64,000 nucleotides of DNA from an uncultured Methanosarcinaceae archaeon (GCA_963847185.1 CAWJYV010000005.1:32001-96000), one strand, 5' to 3'. Numbered from the stretch's first letter, positions 32,426 to 43,188 are shown. Made by a program: numbers and translations. Notes: generated by a model not told the origin, from the letters alone.

Positions 32426-32555
32426 GTTGAGCGGTTAACTTTTTTGGAGGCATCACCCCTCCCAGAACAAATATACTTTCCCCCCATAGTATAAATCCTC
32501 GTTCCAAAATATCCCCCATATTCTCCCCTCAAAGCCGCTCAACATTCTCCTTTTT
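32426..32555 (+). ncRNA. Candidate structured small RNA, copy 1
   Basis: TATAAATA at 32395-32402; closing stem GTTGAGCGG/CCGCTCAAC; C-rich loops; T-tract. Confidence 0.6.
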
Positions 32556-32774
32556 CATAAACAGGATTTCCTCTAACTTAATCTTTTTTTCTAATGCAGT
32601 TCTTATCTTAATAGACTCTATTCCATTGAATTTTTGTTCAGACAAGAGTAAAAATAATTTTGTCAGAAAACAGGTTTTTTCCTTTATTATCTATCCTTTT
32701 CTTCAAAACCAGAATCCTGTTCAAAATTAAGATAAATTTCATAATTCATAAATAGTTAGCAGTAAATTATTTTG

Positions 32775-32906
32775 TATTGAGCGGATTTTGGAGATAATCA
32801 ATACCCTCCGCGAAAAGTGTACTTTCTCCCCATAATATAGATTTTTTAGTTCCGACTACTCTATCCTTCCCAAAATCCTTCCCAAAATCCGCTCAATATC
32901 TTTTTT
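32775..32906 (+). ncRNA. Candidate structured small RNA, copy 2
   Basis: CATAAATA at 32746-32753; perfect 17-bp stem TATTGAGCGGATTTTGG/CCAAAATCCGCTCAATA; T6 tract. Confidence 0.6.
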
Positions 32907-33037
32907 CAAAAAAGGATTTTTCTCAGGTATCCAGTTAGGAATTTCCTGAGTATCTGATGTTTTTTACATGTTCCGATTTTTGTATTTTTTGAATATTTCA
33001 ATATTCGTATTTTTTGAAATTCTAATGTCTGTATTTT

Positions 33038-34495
33038 TCAGATTCCTACTATTTCATAGATTTTCTTCATATCAAGGTTCTGTTCAACCACATTTGCGAG
33101 CTCTTCATAGGCGTCATTTTCGGTCATAATTTCTTCAGGCACGTATTCAATTCCTTTTTTCCTGTAGAGATACTGCATAAGGGAGTCTCTTATGCTCCTG
33201 TTATCAAAGAGCCCATGCAGATAAGTGCCAATGACCAGGCCTTCTTCGTCAATTGCGCCGTCGTCCCCGAATACACTGCGCTTGGAATCAGTCACACCCA
33301 TATGGATTTCATATCCTTTAATCTCTTCCCCGTCTATGGGAGCCAGAATCGGGCCGTAAGCGTTTACTTTTTTCGTGACCTGGATAGTTTTCTTTTCGTA
33401 TGCCCCGAATTTTGTCCCTACATCCAGAAGTCCAAGACCTGCAAATTCTGCTTCTATCCCGTTTTCAACTCCTGAGTCAAAAATAGTTTTACCCAGCATC
33501 TGATAGCCGCCGCAGATTCCGAAAATAGGAATTTTTCCTTTAAGCGCCTGAATTTTCTTGTCCATGCCGCTTGCCTTAAGATCCAGCAGGTCATTGACCG
33601 TATTTTTTGTTCCGGGGATCATGATCGCATCCGGGTTTCCAAGATCTTCAGTAATATCTACGTAACGGATTTTCGCAAGTCCTTCAAGCGGCTCGAAATC
33701 CGTGAAGTTCGAGATTCTGGGCAGGCGAATGACGGCTATTTCTATACTTTTTTCATTTCCCCTGCCTTCTTTATCTCCAAGAGAGACCGAATCTTCTGAT
33801 GGAATGTGGAGCTTAAAATAAGGAAGAACTCCAAGCACTGGAATTCCGGTTTTGTCTTCGAGCTGTTTCAGGCCCGGCTTCAGGATTTCCAGGTCTCCCC
33901 TGAACTTATTTATGACAAATCCTTTGACGTTTTTCCGCACATCCTCGGGCAGAAGCTCAATTGTGCCGTAAAGGCTTGCAAAAACGCCTCCCCTTTCTAT
34001 ATCTCCAACAAGGATTATTGGAGCCTGCGTAAGCCTCGCAGTGCCGACGTTTACAATATCTCTTTCGTATAGATTAATTTCAGCAGCGCCACCTGCTCCT
34101 TCCATTACAATTATGTCATGTTCTTTAGATAACCTTTCCAGAGCTCCTTCCAGAACCGCGTTCATCTCTTCAATGGAATCATAGTACTGGCCTGCACTTT
34201 TGTCTGCATAAGGTTCCCCGAGTAGAATTATCTGGGAAACACAGTCCCCTTTTGGCTTCAGGAGAACAGGATTCATATCGGCAGTAGGCTCCGTGCCTGC
34301 GGCTTTTGCCTGAATTGCCTGGGCAATTCCGATTTCCTTCCCATCTTTCGTAATCCAGGAGTTCAGGCTCATATTCTGAGCTTTGAAGGGGGCAACCCTG
34401 TATTTTCTCGACAGGATCCTGCATATGGCAGCTACTACTGAACTTTTCCCTACGTGGGAGGCGGTTCCCAGGATCAAGACGCTTTTCTTTTCCAT
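33038..34495 (-). CDS. cobQ: Cobyric acid synthase
   Basis: GTASHVGKS, PFKAQNMSLNS, EGAG, ISNFTDF, GICGGYQMLG and GTYLHG motifs. Confidence 0.96.
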   Translation of the reverse strand: MEKKSVLILGTASHVGKSSVVAAICRILSRKYRVAPFKAQNMSLNSWITKDGKEIGIAQAIQAKAAGTEPTADMNPVLLKPKGDCVSQIILLGEPYADKSAGQYYDSIEEMNAVLEGALERLSKEHDIIVMEGAGGAAEINLYERDIVNVGTARLTQAPIILVGDIERGGVFASLYGTIELLPEDVRKNVKGFVINKFRGDLEILKPGLKQLEDKTGIPVLGVLPYFKLHIPSEDSVSLGDKEGRGNEKSIEIAVIRLPRISNFTDFEPLEGLAKIRYVDITEDLGNPDAIMIPGTKNTVNDLLDLKASGMDKKIQALKGKIPIFGICGGYQMLGKTIFDSGVENGIEAEFAGLGLLDVGTKFGAYEKKTIQVTKKVNAYGPILAPIDGEEIKGYEIHMGVTDSKRSVFGDDGAIDEEGLVIGTYLHGLFDNRSIRDSLMQYLYRKKGIEYVPEEIMTENDAYEELANVVEQNLDMKKIYEIVGI

Positions 34496-34914
34496 TTTTA
34501 CCACAACTTCTGCTCGAACACTTATTTTTAATATTTTTTATAAATTAACTGTGAAATTTTCTTCCACTGGATACAAATCAAGTAAACTTGTTTAGTTTTA
34601 ATATTTATCTTCTTATACTTCAACTATAGAATAAATACTTTCGGATTCATTGCAGGTTTTGTTTATTTGCTTAAATAAATTCTTCTTTTTCAGTATTTTT
34701 CATTTTCCTTAAACTTTGCTTTACTTTTCTCAATATTTTTTTTCTTTCTACGCTTTCATTTTCACTCCTAATTCTGTCAATTATTCCTATTTCTGTCAAA
34801 TCGTGTCTTTTTACTTCTTTCATACATTCCGGAAAACTAAGCTTTTATCAGGTTGCATTTCTTTTAAATAAGATCAAAACAATCTTTTTGCTATCTAACC
34901 GGGGAAAAAAGACA

Positions 34915-36063
34915 ATGAAAGCCGTACTTTTCCTACTAATTTTTTACCTTATATCGGTCTTTCCAGCTTCTGCAGCAGATAGCTTTCCTGCCCGAGAAAC
35001 AGGTACAGTTCAGATAACCGAACTTTATAGCGACCTTACATCCTTTGACGTTACTCTTTACTCGAATCAGCCAGAGGAGAACCTGAGTCTTGAAGTATTT
35101 CTTGTCAGGCCCGAAGGGATGAATAGGGAAACCCTTGAAAAACAGGTGTTTTCAGTAGGCAGTTTATCAACTAATACGAGATTAACCAAGGTTGGTTTCT
35201 GGAATATTAACAATCCTGAACGTGGAGCTTATACCATCAGAGTCCGCCTTCTTGCAGAAGAAGAGATCCTTTCAGAAGATAAATACGATTTTGCTTACGC
35301 TAGCAATTCTGCTTCCAGACTTCAAGTTAATGACATAGTTTCCAATTCTCAGGGAATTAATATTGCCCTATCTCCCAAAGAAGCCTCACTCTTTGATATT
35401 GAGTATATGCTTGTGGATAAATCTAATGTCACTTATGTAGCAAAAGCTGAAAATCTATCCCTTACCAGCGGCCCGGATGTTTTTTCCGCAGCTTGGGGAA
35501 CTCTTCTTGAAAATAATAAAGAGTATGTGGGTAGAGTAAAGATTCAGGTTTATTCTCCTGAGAAAAAGATCATAGCCTCAACCCAAAACTTCACTGCTAG
35601 AGATGATGCCGAGATCACAGATCTCTTTAAGGATGAAACAGGAGCAAGTGCAACTGTTTTCGGGCGTTCTCAGGTGCCTTTTGAAGGAAACCTTATCTTT
35701 TCTGTATACGATCTGGATAATAATTCCGAAAAAGGAAATCCCATAATGGTGGAATCTGTGCAGGGAAGAGTTCCAGTGCTGCTGAATAATGACGACGAGA
35801 CCGTTGAAGTTGCCTGGGGACAGAGACTTCCAGAAGGAATCTACAGACTTGAGATCGAGCTTTTTGGGAATGACGGAGATCTTGTTGAGCGCAGGGAAAC
35901 TATCTTCGAGTCCGATCTCTCCCAGGTTTCCAATATTAACTCGGTAAACAATTCTACTTCAAAAACCGAGGCTTCAAGTAAAGAAGGAATACCCGGCTTT
36001 TCTACGGTGGCCTGGATTTCAGGATTTATCGCTGTTTTTAGCCTTTTAAGAAAGCAAAGTTAA
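34915..36063 (+). CDS. Secreted surface protein with PGF-CTERM-like anchor
   Basis: Signal peptide MKAVLFLL...ASA; C-terminal IPGF + TM helix + RK. Confidence 0.75.
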   Translation: MKAVLFLLIFYLISVFPASAADSFPARETGTVQITELYSDLTSFDVTLYSNQPEENLSLEVFLVRPEGMNRETLEKQVFSVGSLSTNTRLTKVGFWNINNPERGAYTIRVRLLAEEEILSEDKYDFAYASNSASRLQVNDIVSNSQGINIALSPKEASLFDIEYMLVDKSNVTYVAKAENLSLTSGPDVFSAAWGTLLENNKEYVGRVKIQVYSPEKKIIASTQNFTARDDAEITDLFKDETGASATVFGRSQVPFEGNLIFSVYDLDNNSEKGNPIMVESVQGRVPVLLNNDDETVEVAWGQRLPEGIYRLEIELFGNDGDLVERRETIFESDLSQVSNINSVNNSTSKTEASSKEGIPGFSTVAWISGFIAVFSLLRKQS

Positions 36064-36167
36064 AACCAATTATGAGCCTTAATATATTTGGCAGATACAT
36101 TAATTCTCGGCTGCAGAATATGAATTTCAGGAACCCGTAAGAGCTTAAAAACAGGGCTGTGAATCCC

Positions 36168-37337
36168 ATGCGTTATGAACTCTTTATCTCTCTCAGGCAG
36201 ATTCGGGCAAGAAAATTCCAGACTTTTCTCTCAGTGGGAGCAATAGCCCTTGCAGTAATGGTGCTTACGGTTTCTCAGGCTCTGATGGTTGGATTTACCG
36301 ACGAGCTTTATAACACTACAGTAAATAAACTTCCTCATGTTTCGGTATCTCCTGAAGAAGGCGAAGATTATATTTATCTTTACAGGACCCTTATTGAGGA
36401 TATCAGTAAAATTGAAGGTGTTACTTCTGTTTCTCCGTTCCTTACAGGAAAAGCTTCCTTCAGGTTTAAAACGAACTCCCGCAATGCTGAGTTGAAAGGT
36501 GTAATTCCTTTACAGGAAAATAAGATTAGCTCTATTGAAGCCGATATTGTGGAGGGAGATTTCAGGGAACTTGAGTTATCCAGAAACACCGTTGTAATTG
36601 GCTCGAAACTCGCAGATAAACTCGAGATTAATCTGGGAGACTCTGTTGAAGTGTCTTTTCCCAATGCAAAATCTATTTCTCTCAGAGTTGTTGGAATCTT
36701 TCACACTGGCTCTCCTCTTGACGAGTCCCTTACTTACACATCCCTGGATACTGCCCAGGAATTCTATGATGTATCTGATGTGGTTAATGGAATTTCTATT
36801 AAGCTTGAAGATTTTAATAGGGATAGAGAGATCGCTGCTGAAATCGAGAAAGCAGGTTATAAATCAAAAGGCTGGACAGACGCAAATCCTGCAATCCTTC
36901 GTACCATTGCAATCGAAAGCACCTCAAACAACATTGTTCTTGGCCTGATTGTAGTTATTGCTTCTTTTGGGGTAGTTAGCACCCTCAACCTTTCGGTTAT
37001 CGGTGCAACAAGCCAGATAGGCATGCTCCGCACAATGGGTGCTACGGTTTCGGGTATCCGAACAATTTTTGTGCTTCAAAGCGGTATTCTAGGTTTACTT
37101 GGTGCTCTTGCAGGTACTTTAACAGGAGTTGCAGTATCAATGGCAATAGGCCAGTACGAAATTCCAGGCGCCTCATCCGAACTTTATGGAGGTCTTACAA
37201 CTATTCCAATTATAGTTCGCTTAGGGGATATCCTGTTTATTATTATCTCTGTTTTTTTGCTTAACCTGATTGCTGGAATTTATCCTGCCCAGCAGGCAGC
37301 TAAACTGGATCCCGTTAAGGCTATCAGTTCAAAATGA
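36168..37337 (+). CDS. ABC transporter permease, LolC/E-MacB/FtsX type
   Basis: One N-terminal TM, large extracytoplasmic loop, IGMLRTMGA and YPA..AAKLDPVKA motifs. Confidence 0.88.
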   Translation: MRYELFISLRQIRARKFQTFLSVGAIALAVMVLTVSQALMVGFTDELYNTTVNKLPHVSVSPEEGEDYIYLYRTLIEDISKIEGVTSVSPFLTGKASFRFKTNSRNAELKGVIPLQENKISSIEADIVEGDFRELELSRNTVVIGSKLADKLEINLGDSVEVSFPNAKSISLRVVGIFHTGSPLDESLTYTSLDTAQEFYDVSDVVNGISIKLEDFNRDREIAAEIEKAGYKSKGWTDANPAILRTIAIESTSNNIVLGLIVVIASFGVVSTLNLSVIGATSQIGMLRTMGATVSGIRTIFVLQSGILGLLGALAGTLTGVAVSMAIGQYEIPGASSELYGGLTTIPIIVRLGDILFIIISVFLLNLIAGIYPAQQAAKLDPVKAISSK

Positions 37338-37819
37338 ATGCATCGATAATCTACAAAATTTACTCTGGAAAACCCATACCTTACTCTGGAAAACCCATAC
37401 AATATAATTGAAATAACCGCTTCTATTGAATATTTCAACGTCAATCAATAGCACACCATAATTAAAAATTAATTCCCGGTAATTATATATCGTTTTTTAC
37501 TGATGATTATATACTTCAGCATAGCGAACACACAACCTTGTGCAGAAATTCTCAATAACTGATCACTGTTGAGAATTTCATTTTCTTATTTTTTGCTCTT
37601 TGTGATTAAAATTCAACTATTTCTTTGTATATTTGCCAGCGTCACAATCTATTGTTACGTATCTAACTATGTAATGTTACGTATTTAACTATGTAATTCT
37701 CTTTTTCTAATACCTGAAGGAAGTCACTGTAATTATATTTTAACAAATATAATTACATAAATTTTAATTTTTGGTGCCAATACAAATAGTTATATTGATT
37801 GATAGATGTTTATAATGTA

Positions 37820-38041
37820 ATGGAGGATAGTAAAGAATACCAGCTTTATCTTGAAGCTCTTGACAACGAAAGATCCGCCTGGGGCCGGAGGACTGCCGTA
37901 AAAAGACTTTGTGACTGCAGAAACGAAGAGTCCTTATACTACCTGAATGAACTTGTAGTTGACAGGTATTGTCTGGTACCTGACTGGCTCAAAAGGATTG
38001 CAAGAGAGTACTACGTATCTCTTTGTCTCGAATTCTTGTAA
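37820..38041 (+). CDS. Small hypothetical protein, HEAT-like helical pair
   Basis: MEDSKEYQLYLEAL...RRTAVKRL; protein-like composition within an AT-rich spacer. Confidence 0.6.
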   Translation: MEDSKEYQLYLEALDNERSAWGRRTAVKRLCDCRNEESLYYLNELVVDRYCLVPDWLKRIAREYYVSLCLEFL

Positions 38042-38988
38042 ATTTTAATTCTTATCTCCAGCTTTCGCAATAGTTTTTTTAAAACAGTTATCGTAGACTC
38101 ATGAATTAATTACATTATTAAAATCCTATTCTATTTTAAATTCAAATTCAATATCTATAGTTAAAGCACTCGAGATTTATCGCGAAAACGCAGACGTGCA
38201 AGATCAAAGCCATTCGAGAAAAATTAACCTCGGAAAATGCGGAAAGCGCAGAAACAACTGTGCCCGAAATCTTTATTTCGCGTTTCGCGTTTTCTGCGGT
38301 TTAAACTTTCAGTTAAGAATGGTAATGGATTATTATAGAATCCATGTTCTGCAGTATTTTTTGAAAATCAATAGTTTTCCTGATTGCGTTTTTGGAACCG
38401 GTTTAAGTAATTTTTACTCTCACTGGAACTTGGCGAAAATTGAATGATATCGTTTTTTGATCCCTAGAACACCATATAGTTTCTTTCACCTCCTGCTTAA
38501 AAATCCAATAAATCCACGTTTTATTGAAAATCGATAGCAGAAAAAATTGTGAATATACGAAAATTTACTGTCGAAAGGGGATAGAAATATAAAAATCGTG
38601 GTTTATTAAGTGCCAATTTTTAATATCTGAACTGTAACTTGAAGGTATCTGCCAGTTCAGAAAATAGTCTGCGTCTTTTATTTATAAATCTTATATTCGT
38701 AAATGAGGTAATATCCGATTTTGAGACAGATAAGTTCTAACAGATATGGTATCCCGAGAATCGAATTCCCATTGTGTATCTTTTTAAAGCTTTTTTAAAT
38801 CTGGGCTTTATTTTAAAGTAAAAAGCTGTGGGTTTATATCACAGAGAATCTTATTTAGCTAAAATTTATATGTAATTATCCCAATTCCTTGTAAAATACT
38901 AAATTTTACTATATTTCAATATACAGGTTTCTTTATTCATGAATTTTCAATTTCAGTTTTTATTATGTGCTTATCGGAGAGGTAGCAA

Positions 38989-39204
38989 ATGGGAAAAGAT
39001 AAGGAAAATGTCTTAGGAGGCCCAGTATTAATCTTGCTGGGTATTGGAGCATTATTGGATATTATTTTATTTTATTTTATGTTCAAGTTTGCTGACGAGG
39101 AAAACCTGTTTATGGTTCTCTTAACTGCAGCGCTGATAGGGATTATTGCACTGGGGATTGCTAAAGGGCTTGTTTCTGCATCCAGGCGTAACTACAAAAA
39201 ATAA
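38989..39204 (+). CDS. Small two-TM membrane protein
   Basis: GAGGT RBS; two hydrophobic helices and a basic tail. Confidence 0.7.
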   Translation: MGKDKENVLGGPVLILLGIGALLDIILFYFMFKFADEENLFMVLLTAALIGIIALGIAKGLVSASRRNYKK

Positions 39205-39526
39205 TTGAGTAAAGAACATACGTTGGGTAAAGAAGATTGTTCCTTTTCTCAACAACTCTTTTTCTCTTTAGGTTCTTTTAAATATGTTTTTCTCCGTTAT
39301 TTTACTCTTGCTGAAAGCTCTCTTATGAAATACTCCAAAATATTTGGATGAAATATATCCTTTTTATCTACTAGATTTTTCCAGTCTTCTTAACTTTTCT
39401 TCAGGCTATGTTGCCTGCAGGTGAGTCCTGGAAATAGCAAATAGCTTCGATTCGAGAAATAAGTTATAATAGCATATTTACAATCATAATAAGAACAAAA
39501 GGTAAGGAAAAGATAGGAGTTTACTC

Positions 39527-41047
39527 ATGCAGTTGAAGCTGGAACATTTTAACATAAAAATAGGGCAGCACAAAGTGATGTTCAATGTTGCCGATGCGAA
39601 AGAAATGGGAGTTCATCCGGGAGATAGGGTCCGCATCCGTGGGCGTGAAAGCATTTCTTCTATTGTTGACACAACTGATGACATGGTCCCTCCTGGCACT
39701 CTGGGGGTCTTTTCCGAGGTTTACGAACATTTCCAGGACTGGGAAAAGCCTGTCGAAGTTGTCCCCACACTCCGGTCAAAATCTGCACACGTTATCAAGA
39801 AAATAATGAATAAGACCCCTGTTGTGCAGGATGATTTCAAATTACTTGTAAACGATATAGTGGAAGAAAACCTCAGTGACATTGAACTTTCGGCTTTTAT
39901 AACATCTACTTATATTCACGGGATGACTGATGACGAAGTTGAATGGTTGACAAGGGCTATGATTGAGACTGGAGACCAGATCGAATTTGATACTCATCCT
40001 ATAATGGACAAGCATTCCATTGGTGGCGTGCCGGGAAACAAAATCTCCCTTCTGGTGGTCCCTATTATTGCTGCAAACGGGCTTTTGATTCCAAAGACAA
40101 GTTCCAGGGCAATTACAGGTGCAGGAGGTACTGCAGATCTTATGGAGGTACTCTGCCCTGTTGAATTTAGCTCTCAAGAAGTAAAAGAGATTACCGAAAA
40201 AGTTGGAGGTGCCCTTGTCTGGGGCGGAGCCACCAATATCGCGCCTGCGGATGATAAACTCATAAGGGTCGAATATCCTCTTTCCATTGATCCTTACTAC
40301 CAGATGCTTGCCTCTATTATGGCAAAAAAAGGTGCTGTTGGGGCTGATAATGTAGTAATGGATATACCTGTAGGACCAAGTACAAAGGTTCCGACTATTC
40401 AGGAAGGGCAGAAACTGGCAAGAGACTTAATAAATCTCGGGCACAGGCTTGGAATGAATGTTGAATGCGCTATCACCTATGGTTCGTCTCCTATCGGAAG
40501 AAAGGTAGGTCCTGCTCTGGAAGTCAGAGAAGCCTTGAAGGTACTGGAAAACATGGAGGGTCCGAACAGCCTTATTGAAAAGAGTACAGCCCTTGCAGGC
40601 ATCCTGCTCGAGATGGGGGGTGCAGCTCCAAGAGACCGGGGAAAAGAAATCGCGTTAGAAACTCTCAGGAGCGGGAAAGCCCTTGAAAAGATGAAGCAGA
40701 TTATCGAAATCCAGGGAGGAGACCCGAAGATTACTTCAGATGACATTCATGTAGGACAATATACCGCAGATATCTTTGCTTCTGCAGATGGGTATGTTAT
40801 CGAATTTGACAATAAATGGATAATCGAAATCGCAAGGCTTGCAGGGGCTCCTAACGACAAAGGAGCTGGATTAGCTATCCATAAGAAAATGGGTGAACAG
40901 GTTAAAAAAGGAGACTCGATTCTCACTATCTATGCTGAAAAAGAGTTTAAGCTTGAAAGCGCATTGACAACGGCCCAGAGAACAAATCCTATAGTAGTTG
41001 AAGGTATGCTTCTGAAAAGAATTCCTGGAGGTTACGGATTCCAGTAA
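39527..41047 (+). CDS. AMP phosphorylase (thymidine phosphorylase family)
   Basis: DKHSIGGVPGNK and KTSSRAITGAGGTAD motifs plus the archaeal N-terminal extension. Confidence 0.93.
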   Translation: MQLKLEHFNIKIGQHKVMFNVADAKEMGVHPGDRVRIRGRESISSIVDTTDDMVPPGTLGVFSEVYEHFQDWEKPVEVVPTLRSKSAHVIKKIMNKTPVVQDDFKLLVNDIVEENLSDIELSAFITSTYIHGMTDDEVEWLTRAMIETGDQIEFDTHPIMDKHSIGGVPGNKISLLVVPIIAANGLLIPKTSSRAITGAGGTADLMEVLCPVEFSSQEVKEITEKVGGALVWGGATNIAPADDKLIRVEYPLSIDPYYQMLASIMAKKGAVGADNVVMDIPVGPSTKVPTIQEGQKLARDLINLGHRLGMNVECAITYGSSPIGRKVGPALEVREALKVLENMEGPNSLIEKSTALAGILLEMGGAAPRDRGKEIALETLRSGKALEKMKQIIEIQGGDPKITSDDIHVGQYTADIFASADGYVIEFDNKWIIEIARLAGAPNDKGAGLAIHKKMGEQVKKGDSILTIYAEKEFKLESALTTAQRTNPIVVEGMLLKRIPGGYGFQ

Positions 41048-41237
41048 TCTTTTCCTTTTTTTTCTTTTTTCGTATCCTCTTCAAATTAGATGTTTTTTCA
41101 ATCACAGGAAAAAATTAAAAGAAAGAAGAAAGAAGAAAAAAGGAAAAAGGAAATATAATGTCACTGTGCTTTGAATAGCTGAAACAGTTTTTATGTTTTT
41201 AAGGGTTAAACTTTTTTTCAGTCAATCTTCTTGAAAA

Positions 41238-41909
41238 TCAGCTTTTATCAACGAGTTTTGCTTCCAGGACCCTTAGAGACCCACTGTCTCCTTCCCATTC
41301 GACTTCACTTTTTACAATTTCAATACGCTTCTTATAGAAGGGAGCATCAAGGACAAGAGTTTCGTATTCTCCGCCTTCTCCAGCCATGTGAACCATGTAC
41401 CTGCGGTTCAAAGCCTTAAGATTTTCAATGGAGTTTACATTAATAGGGCGGCCAAGCCAGGACCTGTCAAGACCTTCAGCTGCAACCTTCACGATCCTAA
41501 TGTCCATTACTTTTGCCATCTCATTGAGTAATTCTTCAGGGTCTCTATGCCAGAGAGGAGAATAGACTTTAAGTCCGAGGGAGTCACAGATCTTCTGTAC
41601 TCTGCTTGCCTGATACTGCGATTCAATAGCTCCTACGGATACCCCGTCTACATTCACTTTCTTCAGGGCGAGGGTCAGGTCATCAAGCTCCAGTTCCTTG
41701 ATTCCACTGGACTGCTGCCGAATCAAAGGTATTTCACAGGCAGCAGAGATTAATTCTACCATGTGGAGATTGATGGAATGATACATGTAGGAATCATCCC
41801 TTGCGGGAATAATGTTGATGAGGTGGGTGACCTCATGCCCTTCTTCAAAGGCCTTGTTGATGGCAAAAATCGAGTCTTTACCACCTGAAATTAGCGCTGC
41901 GAGTTTCAT
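41238..41909 (-). CDS. dph6: Diphthine--ammonia ligase
   Basis: SGGKDS, SYMYH and GEGGEYETLV motifs. Confidence 0.88.
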   Translation of the reverse strand: MKLAALISGGKDSIFAINKAFEEGHEVTHLINIIPARDDSYMYHSINLHMVELISAACEIPLIRQQSSGIKELELDDLTLALKKVNVDGVSVGAIESQYQASRVQKICDSLGLKVYSPLWHRDPEELLNEMAKVMDIRIVKVAAEGLDRSWLGRPINVNSIENLKALNRRYMVHMAGEGGEYETLVLDAPFYKKRIEIVKSEVEWEGDSGSLRVLEAKLVDKS

Positions 41910-42005
41910 TTTTATCCCCTTATGTTTCAGTACTTTTTCGTACTTCCAGATTGTACTTCGTGGATCATTATGTAGGTTGTACTTCGTGGATCATTATGTA
42001 ATAAT

Positions 42006-42947
42006 TTATGTATTTTTTGACTTTTCAGTTATTCTGGCATACCCAACCTCATTTTCCTCTTCCAGTTTTCCAAAGTTGGCTTCATAACGGGCTTTCATTT
42101 CATCCCAGCTGGGAAGGTTTGTCTGGCAGCCCCGAGTCTGCACTGCAAAGGAGGCGACTGTTGATCCTATTTTTCCGCATGTAGGAGTAGAGTAACCACG
42201 TGTAAGAGCCAGCAGAAAACCTGCCCTGTAAGCATCTCCTGCTCCTGTAGGATCTACGGCTTTGACAGAAACTACAGGAATTGCGAATTCTTCTTCACCT
42301 GCATATATCCTGCTGCCTTCAGAATCATACGTTACTACAATAGTACCAATCATGTCTCTGAGTTCGGAAAAGCTTTTTTCGGTCAGCTCCGAAACCCGCC
42401 TGATTTCATGCCGATTAGCAAAGAGAATATCGGTGTGAGCAAGGATAATTTCAAGGTTTTCTTTAGAATATGTAACGAGATCCTGTCCAGGGTCGAAGGA
42501 TACAAAACGTGCAATTTGCGCTATCTTTGCATTGTAGATGCAATCTGCTGTCGCAAGATGAACAAAATCCGCAGGTTCAGGTTCTAATTCTTTGAATTTG
42601 GAAGAGGCACCCCAGTAAAAATAAGTTGTCTGGTTGCTTTCCGTATCCGTGAAAATAAAAGCCTTGGAAATTTTTCTGTCTTCAAGCCTGTAGAGACGGG
42701 AAAGGTCAACATGAGAGTCTGCAAGAAGTTTTTCATAACCGGAACTTGCAAAATCCGTACCTACGGGAGAAATTAGCTGACTTTTACCTCCAAGCTTTGC
42801 GATAGCAACTGCAATGTTGGCAGCCCCTCCACCCGGATATTCTTCATAATCAATAACAGGGGAAGATTCGTTTTTTCCTGCTATATTTTCAACATCTACA
42901 ATATAATCAAGGGCGGTATGCCCTACAATGGAAATTACTCTGTCCAT
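42006..42947 (-). CDS. PfkB family carbohydrate/nucleoside kinase
   Basis: GGGAANIA and VDPTGAGDAY motifs. Confidence 0.9.
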   Translation of the reverse strand: MDRVISIVGHTALDYIVDVENIAGKNESSPVIDYEEYPGGGAANIAVAIAKLGGKSQLISPVGTDFASSGYEKLLADSHVDLSRLYRLEDRKISKAFIFTDTESNQTTYFYWGASSKFKELEPEPADFVHLATADCIYNAKIAQIARFVSFDPGQDLVTYSKENLEIILAHTDILFANRHEIRRVSELTEKSFSELRDMIGTIVVTYDSEGSRIYAGEEEFAIPVVSVKAVDPTGAGDAYRAGFLLALTRGYSTPTCGKIGSTVASFAVQTRGCQTNLPSWDEMKARYEANFGKLEEENEVGYARITEKSKNT

Positions 42948-43188
42948 GTAGTATCCTCTTTGTTCGTGAGTTTTGAAGGAGCCCTAAGTTTCCCGGGTTG
43001 ATAAACTCAGATAAAAATCGCCAGAAAGATAGAATAAATTCTTTCACTTGCTTCCGTCAATGAAAGACACTTTTTTGTCAGATTTATAGCTTTCCAAGTC
43101 CTGCCAGATTAAAATAACACGCATAACTGGACTTAACTTGCTGTATCCCCTTACCAGGATCTTTAACAAATTTTGATGATTTTCCTGC

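Noticed and set aside
32394-32519. 41-codon minus-strand ORF (MGDILERGFILWGES...) across sRNA copy 1
   Set aside because: Copy 2 lacks the start and frame; TATA box and T-tract polarity favour a plus-strand RNA
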